From IMG/VR virus record IMGVR_UViG_3300037488_003551, positions 32,001 to 96,000 of that record: a stretch of DNA of 64,000 bases; one strand, 5' to 3'. A program made the translations under genes and the position numbers. Below the pieces are notes generated by a model, which saw only the letters and a program-made list of their open reading frames with translations, made no database searches and was not told where the DNA came from. Below are positions 1 through 7,831 of the stretch, piece by piece. The stretch is from a virus. The first letter of the stretch is position 1. Every line of letters begins with the position of its first letter.

Positions 1-1
1 G

Positions 2-289
2 AGTATCATCGCGGATACGGTGTGGTTCTACATTTTGGCGAGCCGTAATATTCTCAGCCGCACCTTTGGCTTTCATCAAATCGTAGAGCCTGTTCTTGGA
101 GCAACTCTTCCAGAAGAAAATGATAAGCAGGTTTTTCACACGCAGGTTTTCTGCGACGTGGAATTGTTTTTGCGATGGAGCACACGTCCGATTGCTCCGC
201 TCATAAACGACATCGTATTGCGCGTTGGAAAAACTGGGTCGGTCGATGACGTACTCGTGGATATCGTGCTTCGGGAAAGCCGAAGCTGA
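2..289 (+). CDS. 3' part of a gene directly upstream of the tail sheath (possible tail-completion/neck protein), truncated by window edge
   Basis: Frame is open from base 2 to TGA at 287-289. Function is inferred from position only. Confidence 0.45.
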   Translation, partial: SIIADTVWFYILASRNILSRTFGFHQIVEPVLGATLPEENDKQVFHTQVFCDVELFLRWSTRPIAPLINDIVLRVGKTGSVDDVLVDIVLRESRS

Positions 290-292
290 ACA

Positions 293-299
293 TATAATT
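293..299 (+). promoter_or_regulatory. TATAATT putative late-promoter -10 element for the sheath operon
   Basis: The same heptamer or a one-base variant precedes many structural/cargo genes (5819, 6135, 7820, 18029, 19587, 60333, 63756). SD GAGGAG follows. Confidence 0.6.
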
Positions 300-327
300 C
301 CGCAGCAACCAGAGGAGAGAAACACCG

Positions 328-3021
328 ATGCCTCTATCTAGACCGAACACTGTCGTTTATCAGGAATATGCGGACCTCTCCGTTGTTCCCGCTACCCCAT
401 TCTTGAACACCCTCATCGTTGGTCCTTGCTATCAGCTGCTGGACTACCTCGATGACAAGGCGGATTGCGCCGCAGGAGAATACGGTACCCTGCAAATGAA
501 TAACCCACGCACGTCCCCGACGGCTGCGGTGGTTATCGCCACTCCTCCTGAGCTAGAAGCAGGTGCCATTCTCGAAGATAACAGCGTGAAGATTTTCTTC
601 GATGAGGTGCAGGTCGCATTGAAAGAGGTCACGGGTACTCCTGGAGATGATGCTGGACTTTATTACATCAGCGATAATCTGTTTGCCACTGTGAATGCTG
701 ATGGCGTACACATCGGTAAACAGTATGCGCAAGCAGGCGATACGCTCATCTGTGAAACATCGGTTACTGCGGATTTCATCAAAACCATAAAAGAATTGGC
801 CTACACGTTTTATGGTCCGGTACTCGATTTCACAACGTGGGGAGTAGATACCGGCGACATTATTACGGTTGAGAATGATGCAGCTTCTCCTTCTCGCAAT
901 GGTACCTACACCGTAAAAAAGAAGTATATCGTCGGAGGTTCTGTCCTCGCTACAGCCATTGAAATCGAAAATGCAGCAGCCCTAGAAGGTGACGTAGCAA
1001 ATGCGGACATCACTATCCGCTCTTCGACGGGAACTCTGCGACACACCACCATAGGTGGAGCTCCTGTTTCTTTGGGTGATTGGTGCAATCTCCGCGTAAC
1101 AGAAGATTTCTCGGCTGGACATCCGGTCAGTTGTCTCTGGCGCATCGAGCGTCAACTCAACGATGTCGAACTTGCTTCTACGGATATCACGGTGAACAAC
1201 ACCACGAAGACCGTAACCGTTAAAGCTGGCGTGACAGCAATTGTGAGTACGACCATTGGAGCCAAGCCTGTTACGTTCGCTGAGATGTACATGGAGTACG
1301 CTGCGCTGCGGCAGGACCTCCAAAACGTGGCCGAGGTTTCGTCTTCTTCCGAGGCGATTGCTCTCCTTGGAAAATACGATGCACGTAATCCGCTCTGCGT
1401 AGGTGTGCATGTAGCTCTATATAACACCACGACGCCCATCAAGGTCTATGGTCTCGCCGCGGATACGTTGGCCGGGTACACGGATTTTGTGGAGCGCACC
1501 AGTCATCTCAGCGACATCTACGCGGTGGTCCCACTGACCTACGATACGAGCGTTATCGGTTATCTCAAGGACGCGTGGGAGCGTTACGCTGATGCAGACA
1601 TCGTTCTTCAAACAGGTATTAAGCAGAAATTTCGGACGACCATCGGCGCTGTGGACCTCGTCACACAGAGCGAAGTCATCTCCGCGACCGCAGGCTCGTC
1701 CACGCTGACGAAAGCGGGAACAACTCCGGCAGGAAATTACACGCTGACTCTTTCTGGTCTTTCAGGTCAAACAGCGGATTTCAGTGCTTCTGGCGTTCTT
1801 CCGGGAGACATTGTCAATGTTAAAATTGGTGGCGTAACTGCTGGACCATTTACGGTAGCGCATGTAAATACGGCACTCATTCTTGAAACAGAAGAAGCCC
1901 TCACAGGTTTAGGTATAGCGCGTGACGCAGCCGATACTTTGGATATTACAGACCCAACAGGTATTATCCATCGTTTTACGGCTTTGGTTTATTCGGTAGG
2001 TGTCAAGGGGTTTACTCTTGGTGCATCCGTTCTCGACGCCCTTTATCTCACCCTGAGCTCTTCGACCTCCACGTTCATCACGGACGGCGTGGTCCCGGGC
2101 GACCTGCTCCAGATTCCGACCGACCCCGAGTCCACTTCTTGGACGACCTACGACACCTGGGTCATCGCAACTGTCGATAGCGAGACGCGCGTCACGGTGG
2201 TGAACGGCGGGAACAACACGGCCGACCTACAAAACGAGCTCCCGCATCTCATCAAGCGCACCGCGGCGACTGACCGTGTGGTCTCTACTAGCACGGTCTA
2301 CTTCCGCATCAAGCGCAACATGACCAAGACCGAGCAGGTCAACTACATGCTTGCGGTGGCTCAGAGCTTGGACAGCAAGCGTGCTCTTCTCTGCTACCCC
2401 AACAGCGTGGACATCACCGACCTTATCGATGGTAGTCTGACACGAACGGGTACGGACCCCGAGGTCGCCGCGGCGCAGCCAGGCTACTATCTCGCCTGCC
2501 TCGTTGGCGGCCAGACGGCGAGCCAGCCTTCGCACCAGGGCTTCACGAACCTGGGCGGCAACGGCATCGACCGCATTTACAACTCGAGTGACTACTTCAG
2601 CGAGGAGCAGCTCACCAACCTGTCGAATGGCGGCGTGTACGTCTTCGTGCAGGATGCGCCGGCCGCGCTGCCCTACACCATCCACGAAGTGACGACCGAT
2701 GTTCTCTCCCTCGAGACCGGTGAATACATGCACGTGAAGAATTTGGACTATCTCTCGATGTCTTTCCTCGAGACGCTGCGTCCCTTCATTGGCAAGTGGA
2801 ACATCACACCGGATGCTATTCAGTTCATCACGCAAGCTTTGTATGCGACCATCAACACGCACAAAACTGCATACCGCGCGAGGATTGGAGCGCCGATGAT
2901 TGACGGGACGGTACGCACCGTCTTCCAAAATACGGATGTCTCAGAAGATCGCATCGAAGCGTACGTCGACGCTGACTTGCCAACGGTCCTTAACACCCTC
3001 GGCCTACACTTGGTGGCGTGA
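328..3021 (+). CDS. Contractile tail sheath protein (897 aa)
   Basis: N-terminal RPNTVVYQE resembles the sheath P-x-V-Y-x-x-E start. C-terminal region (HQGFTNL...LSNGGVYVFVQ...IGKWNIT...LPTVLNTLGLHLV) is sheath-like. Thr/Gly-rich beta insertions; followed by tube- and spike-like genes. Confidence 0.8.
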   Translation: MPLSRPNTVVYQEYADLSVVPATPFLNTLIVGPCYQLLDYLDDKADCAAGEYGTLQMNNPRTSPTAAVVIATPPELEAGAILEDNSVKIFFDEVQVALKEVTGTPGDDAGLYYISDNLFATVNADGVHIGKQYAQAGDTLICETSVTADFIKTIKELAYTFYGPVLDFTTWGVDTGDIITVENDAASPSRNGTYTVKKKYIVGGSVLATAIEIENAAALEGDVANADITIRSSTGTLRHTTIGGAPVSLGDWCNLRVTEDFSAGHPVSCLWRIERQLNDVELASTDITVNNTTKTVTVKAGVTAIVSTTIGAKPVTFAEMYMEYAALRQDLQNVAEVSSSSEAIALLGKYDARNPLCVGVHVALYNTTTPIKVYGLAADTLAGYTDFVERTSHLSDIYAVVPLTYDTSVIGYLKDAWERYADADIVLQTGIKQKFRTTIGAVDLVTQSEVISATAGSSTLTKAGTTPAGNYTLTLSGLSGQTADFSASGVLPGDIVNVKIGGVTAGPFTVAHVNTALILETEEALTGLGIARDAADTLDITDPTGIIHRFTALVYSVGVKGFTLGASVLDALYLTLSSSTSTFITDGVVPGDLLQIPTDPESTSWTTYDTWVIATVDSETRVTVVNGGNNTADLQNELPHLIKRTAATDRVVSTSTVYFRIKRNMTKTEQVNYMLAVAQSLDSKRALLCYPNSVDITDLIDGSLTRTGTDPEVAAAQPGYYLACLVGGQTASQPSHQGFTNLGGNGIDRIYNSSDYFSEEQLTNLSNGGVYVFVQDAPAALPYTIHEVTTDVLSLETGEYMHVKNLDYLSMSFLETLRPFIGKWNITPDAIQFITQALYATINTHKTAYRARIGAPMIDGTVRTVFQNTDVSEDRIEAYVDADLPTVLNTLGLHLVA

Positions 3022-3470
3022 TGCAAAACGAGTTTTACAAAGCGGGCTACAACGACGCGCTGGTGAAAATGGGAGGCTTTGGAAGCGCTATTGCCAAAGG
3101 CCTTCAGACTGCGGGCGGATGGTTAAAAGGTCTCGGAACAAAAGTGCCAGCGGGTCCTGCTCAGATGTCACTTCCTGGTATGGCCCCTGCCGCGGCAAAA
3201 CCGGGGTGGTTTGCGGGAAAAGCTCAAGGCGCAGCACAGGGCCTAGGCAATTCTCTCAACAATCTCGCAGCTGCTCCGGGACAAACCCTCTGGCAGGGCG
3301 CCGGCAACTTCGGAAAGAACATGCTCGGGATGGGTCAGGCGAATACAACAAGCGGCGTTTTGGGCCGCGGTGCCATGGGCGTTGGCCTAGTGGGTGGCGC
3401 TACGGGTGGTTTCGGAAATAGATCGCAACCGAGACCGGGACAGCTCCCCGGCCCGGGACAGATACAATAG
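3021..3470 (+). CDS. Gly/Ala-rich glycine-zipper protein with type-B leader (FYKAGYNDALVKMG); putative virion cargo
   Basis: ATG overlaps the sheath stop (TGATG). Leader matches those at 20960(-) and 21463(-). C-terminal GxxxG helix GAMGVGLVGGATGG. Confidence 0.7.
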   Translation: MQNEFYKAGYNDALVKMGGFGSAIAKGLQTAGGWLKGLGTKVPAGPAQMSLPGMAPAAAKPGWFAGKAQGAAQGLGNSLNNLAAAPGQTLWQGAGNFGKNMLGMGQANTTSGVLGRGAMGVGLVGGATGGFGNRSQPRPGQLPGPGQIQ

Positions 3471-3479
3471 GAGGCTCGG

Positions 3480-4241
3480 ATGCCGCTTGGAATCACTCAT
3501 GGTCTCGGTAGCTGGAGAATCCAGCAAAACAACGTCGAGCGCCATACCGACAACGCTGCCTACACCGCAGCCAACCCGGAAGACACTCTCATTCTTGCGG
3601 GGCCTCCTCGGTTCATGGATGTGATGCAGGCCGAGGACAATGGCGTAGGAAGCCTCCTGGCCATCGGTATGACGCAGACCTTCCAGTTCACGAGCCAAGT
3701 CCCGCTGCAGCCAATGCAGGCCATCGGTTCGTCGCGCCTCTTCTTCACGCGTGGCAAGAGCCAGACCTCGTGGAGACTCGGCCGACTCCTGACGAACGGT
3801 CGTAACCTCCTGCGCGTGCTCTACCACAACGCGGTGGCCGCGGGCCTGAACGTCGGAGCTCTGGATGAACCCCCGGTGCCGGCCGGACAGGGAACCCAGA
3901 ACACCACCTTCTACGCTAACCTCGACTCCGAGCTCTTCTACGTGCCGTTCGGCATCGCAGTGCTTTTCAGAGACCGGGCCAAGGATCTCCTCGGCGCGTT
4001 CTACTTCGAGCTCTGCATGGTGAACATGTACACGCTCGGATTCACCATCGGACAGAACATGGTGATGGAGGACATCAGCGGACTCTGCGACCGCGTTGTG
4101 CCTTTCTCTCCCAGCACGCTGCAGGCTGTCCCCGGACTCGACCGAAAAGCCCTCGACGAAGTCATCGGCTTCACGTCGGCTGGCGACCCCAGTGTTCCGA
4201 CCGACTGGATTACTGGCATGGACGACCTGCCCCCTGGCTGA
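3480..4241 (+). CDS. Probable tail tube protein (253 aa)
   Basis: Beta-rich pattern (IGMTQTFQFTSQ...AIGSSRLFFTRGK...YFELCMVNMYTLG), GC-rich codons like the sheath core, located between sheath and spike. SD AGGAGG. Confidence 0.6.
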   Translation: MPLGITHGLGSWRIQQNNVERHTDNAAYTAANPEDTLILAGPPRFMDVMQAEDNGVGSLLAIGMTQTFQFTSQVPLQPMQAIGSSRLFFTRGKSQTSWRLGRLLTNGRNLLRVLYHNAVAAGLNVGALDEPPVPAGQGTQNTTFYANLDSELFYVPFGIAVLFRDRAKDLLGAFYFELCMVNMYTLGFTIGQNMVMEDISGLCDRVVPFSPSTLQAVPGLDRKALDEVIGFTSAGDPSVPTDWITGMDDLPPG

Positions 4242-4277
4242 TTCCTTTTTCTTTTGCCCCCGTGCTATGCTTTTTGC

Positions 4278-5816
4278 ATGGACGACTCAAAAGAAATCTC
4301 CAAAACAATACGCTTCGGAAAAACTCCAATATCCAGCTCCCCCTTTTCTTCTGGCGGAAAAGTACTTGGGACTATCGAGTCTTATAACGACAGTACTAAA
4401 ACGTACACCGTCGTTACGCAGGGTAATAAAAGAAATCCAAATGCGCTCGGTGGTCGCCTGCAGGGAATTCCCCGAAAGCTCTCTCACTCTGGAGACCAAG
4501 TGGTTCTCAGTCCGGAGACCACGGTCATCGTCGACTTCGAGCTCGGCATTCCTTATATCGATGGCGTCTTACCGCAGGCCGCCACTTCTTCTGCGGCGTA
4601 TTCCGTAGCGCCCAATTTTGGGACGACAGCAGGAAGCGGAGCGTCAGCGGTTGGGGATACCGGAGGAAATTATCGAACGGCTAATTCACCTACAGGAATG
4701 CTCCCGGGTGACCAAGTTCTCGCAGGGGAAGATGGCAACTATGTCGCGGCACTACGTGGAAAAATCTCCACGCTCCATGGCAGCGAGCGCGCTCAAGTTC
4801 TCGTCTCGGGCTTGCATGACCTCGTCCGCGTCGTCTGCGAAAACTACGAAAATTTTTCATCTTTTGGAAATCTCGAGATAAAAAACAAAGATGGAAGGAG
4901 CTCTCTGTCCTACCGAGGTGGAGCTGACCAGGCGTCTCAGTCTGGCGGCGAGCTCGAGGCCTGGACTTTTCGTTTGGATATCGGCGACGTTGGTAATATC
5001 TTTGACATGCGGGTGACCTCTCCGGATAATAGCAAAACTTTTGCGCGCATAAAGATGTCTCCCGACGGTTTTTTGGAAATCTTCGGAGAGCTCGCTCGCG
5101 CAGATAGCACTGCTGGTGACCGTTATACGACGACCGGTGGCACCCACTACATCCGTACGTCCGGTAATACGCGAGAAGAAATTCGTGGAGCCTCTGCAAT
5201 AAACATTCAAGGTGGTTCCACCGAGAGCGTTGCAGCTAACCGTACCGCAAATGTCGGTATGGACGATGTTGTTTCTGTGAATAGAAACGAAGTAAAAAGT
5301 ATCGGGGCTCAGCAAATCACCACAGTCATGGGAGGTCTCCCTCTTGATGCCAAGCCTACGGATAAAGCTAAAGAAGTCCGCGTAGTTAACGGAAGTTATC
5401 TCATCGAAATAGGGAGCCCAAAAGACGGTGGTGTTCCTTCTGCAATGTCGGGCTATAAAGTCTACGTGCACAACGGAGCTATTATCATCGGCGAGAATCC
5501 GATGCTCCCTGCTACACAATGCAGCGTAAATCTGAGCACGTTAAAACCGAGTTCTATTGGACTGGGTTGCATCGTCCCCGGACCCTGGCCCGAGGCCTCA
5601 ATGAATCCTCCCACGGGTTCGGCGATGGTCTATGAAAAGTGGCTCATCCTTTTCAATGCCCTCATCACGGCTTTGGATAATCACCAGCACGTCGCGACCT
5701 ACGGCGGAGGTCCAACGCTCTCTACTCTTCCTGGAACACCTGGAGCTTACTTTCAAGGAATCACGGGTAGCCTCACCGCAGCCGTGAAAAGTTTGAAGGT
5801 TAAGATAGGTGCCTGA
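4278..5816 (+). CDS. Baseplate central spike / gp5-VgrG-like protein
   Basis: N-terminal OB-like region (LGTIESYN...VIVDFELGIPYIDG), roughly 8-residue beta-helix repeats (TSGNTREEIRGASAINIQGGSTESVAANRTANVGMDDVVSVNRNEVKSIG), and C-terminal HxH (NHQH) as in P2 gpV-type spike tips. Start moved to ATG 4278. Confidence 0.7.
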   Translation: MDDSKEISKTIRFGKTPISSSPFSSGGKVLGTIESYNDSTKTYTVVTQGNKRNPNALGGRLQGIPRKLSHSGDQVVLSPETTVIVDFELGIPYIDGVLPQAATSSAAYSVAPNFGTTAGSGASAVGDTGGNYRTANSPTGMLPGDQVLAGEDGNYVAALRGKISTLHGSERAQVLVSGLHDLVRVVCENYENFSSFGNLEIKNKDGRSSLSYRGGADQASQSGGELEAWTFRLDIGDVGNIFDMRVTSPDNSKTFARIKMSPDGFLEIFGELARADSTAGDRYTTTGGTHYIRTSGNTREEIRGASAINIQGGSTESVAANRTANVGMDDVVSVNRNEVKSIGAQQITTVMGGLPLDAKPTDKAKEVRVVNGSYLIEIGSPKDGGVPSAMSGYKVYVHNGAIIIGENPMLPATQCSVNLSTLKPSSIGLGCIVPGPWPEASMNPPTGSAMVYEKWLILFNALITALDNHQHVATYGGGPTLSTLPGTPGAYFQGITGSLTAAVKSLKVKIGA

Positions 5817-5842
5817 GCTATAATTTTTTAGGAGGATTTCTC

Positions 5843-6118
5843 ATGCGAAAAACAGCTGAAGATATTGCGCAGAAGGTGCTAGAAAAGAATGCACTATCTG
5901 TAGCACATGTTCGAAAGGTTCTTTTAAACGCTGACCCTAAAAGAATTCAAAATATGAGGTAGGATAGTCCGGTGATGCGTGTTGCGACAAAAGGTGGGAT
6001 AGGAGAAAGTGAGAGGTTCTTACAGGAATTAGAGCGGCGCCGTTTGGGTTTACCTCCGGTAGATGACTTGGCGGACATTGAAAGGTACGCACGGTCTATT
6101 AAATCTGCTCCGTGGTGA
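5843..6118 (+). pseudogene. Type-A leader gene (MRKTAEDIAQKVLEKNA...) interrupted by in-frame TAG at 5960-5962; not in the ORF track
   Basis: TATAATT 5819-5825, AGGAGG and ATG 5843. 39 codons, then TAG, then 51 more sense codons in the same frame to TGA 6116-6118. Confidence 0.6.
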
Positions 6119-6187
6119 ACTTAAGCAATCAGCCTATAATTCTCAAAAAGTGGGCGCTGACTGCCCCGCATTAAAGGAGTTTTTTCC

Positions 6188-7024
6188 ATGCCACGAGTAA
6201 GAGTCAACGCCCTCATCGGTGCCGTGCATATTCAAGACCCGCAGCCTGCTACTGGCGGTTTGTCCGTGACCGCTGCAGCTGGGTCGTATAAAATCTTCGA
6301 CTGCAATTGGGATGTGTTTCAACGTATCGCTCCGCAGATTGCCGAGCTCGAGACGCTAGGCGCTGCGACCTTCACTGTTTCCGGTGGCACGGATAACTTC
6401 TGGGCGCAAGAGGGCGACCTTCCAGGCATGCCGCGCATCGACCGCGTGTCGAAGCATGACCTTGCGCTGACCGGTGAAGCCAGCATCGTCGTCGAAGGCC
6501 TCTACTTCTTAGGCGGGCAGAGCTTCGCGACCACGCGTCTCGACTACACGACCGCGAATACCGACCTCGTCATCTCCGCGCGCACCCCCGGCTACTGGGG
6601 CAACGCCCTCTCGGCTATCGTTTCTGACGACGGCGGTGGCGGCCTGGCCATCTCCGTGGTCGGCGGCGTGCAGCTGAAGATCGACCTCGGTGGTGCGACG
6701 CCCAATGCCACGACCATCGCTGCAGCTGTGAACGCGAGCGCTACCGCGAAGCTCCTTTTCAAAGCAGTGGTGGACGGTACCGGCGCCGGTCTCCCCACGG
6801 TCAAAGCTTCTCAGACCTTGGCAGGTGGCGAAGGCCCGGGCCTGGCTGTGACCTGCGCGGGCGTGGCTTGCGATGTCCTCACGATCACGGACGCACACCC
6901 GAGCTATTCGATGACCATCGCTATTCCGACCATGGCCGGCGTGTCAGCTTCCGGAGAAGGCGTGAACCTCGAGCTCCGGTCGGGTGGGAAGATTGCCACT
7001 GTTTCTCTGCAAATCGCTCCGTGA
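6188..7024 (+). CDS. Probable virion structural protein with a sheath-like beta-sandwich segment (278 aa)
   Basis: LVISARTPGYWGNALS...TIAAAVNAS...LAGGEG resembles sheath subdomain repeats. TATAATT at 6135 and SD AAGGAG. Confidence 0.55.
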   Translation: MPRVRVNALIGAVHIQDPQPATGGLSVTAAAGSYKIFDCNWDVFQRIAPQIAELETLGAATFTVSGGTDNFWAQEGDLPGMPRIDRVSKHDLALTGEASIVVEGLYFLGGQSFATTRLDYTTANTDLVISARTPGYWGNALSAIVSDDGGGGLAISVVGGVQLKIDLGGATPNATTIAAAVNASATAKLLFKAVVDGTGAGLPTVKASQTLAGGEGPGLAVTCAGVACDVLTITDAHPSYSMTIAIPTMAGVSASGEGVNLELRSGGKIATVSLQIAP

Positions 7025-7042
7025 TAAGAAAGGACTCTCTCC

Positions 7043-7807
7043 ATGAAAAAGACAGCTCACCAAATTGCTAGTCACGTATTAGCAAAAGTTGCCGCTATTA
7101 CACCGGAAGAAATCGCAGCCGGATTGGCTGGCAATAAGATGCGCGATATCCCCCAAGAAGAGATTGACAGCCTAACGCAAGAGTACGGCGATAAGGCTTA
7201 TAAAGAACGCGCAAGCGCTCCTTGGTGGGGTGGTGGACTTGGTGGGGCTCTCGGTGGATTGGGAGGATTAGCGTTAAGCCAGGGTCGTCCTGCAGGTGGA
7301 CTCATTGGCTTAGGGATTGGCGGGGGACTGGGAGCTCTTCTCGGGCATGGAGTACGCACGGGTGCACGGTCTCAAGCGCGTGACCTGGGATCGACAGTCG
7401 GAGGAATTGCACAGTCAGGTCGTATTCCTTACGACTTTCCTGGACGCGTCCGAACAGATGACCTTATACCGTACGCTAAGGGTATTCAAGGAACTCCTGA
7501 GACCATGAATTTTCAGGACGAACAAGCCATCAGGGACCGGCTGACAAACCGGCTCATGCTTATGCGCGGAGCAGAAGGCGCAATTACTGGGGGTCTAACG
7601 AGCGCTCTGGCTAACCGAGATCGTGAAGACGCATCAGGGGATGCCGTACTCAGCGCCGCGCTTCAAGGTGGGATGGGAACATTGCGCGGACGCTCGGAAG
7701 CGCGTGAGATGGCGCGCAAAGTCCTAGACCTAAAATCTCGTGGGTATGGGACGCTGTCTGATCGTTACTACAACGACGCCCTTGACCCAGAAATCCTGGG
7801 CTATTAA
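7043..7807 (+). CDS. Type-A leader (MKKTAHQIASHVLAKVA) plus glycine-zipper module 'AAITPEEIA.GL'
   Basis: Leader motif and GGGLGGALGGLGG / GLGIGGGLGALLG zippers. Paralogous to the C-terminal third of 7832-10402. Confidence 0.8.
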   Translation: MKKTAHQIASHVLAKVAAITPEEIAAGLAGNKMRDIPQEEIDSLTQEYGDKAYKERASAPWWGGGLGGALGGLGGLALSQGRPAGGLIGLGIGGGLGALLGHGVRTGARSQARDLGSTVGGIAQSGRIPYDFPGRVRTDDLIPYAKGIQGTPETMNFQDEQAIRDRLTNRLMLMRGAEGAITGGLTSALANRDREDASGDAVLSAALQGGMGTLRGRSEAREMARKVLDLKSRGYGTLSDRYYNDALDPEILGY

Positions 7808-7831
7808 GCCAAGTTCTCCTAGAATTAGGGC

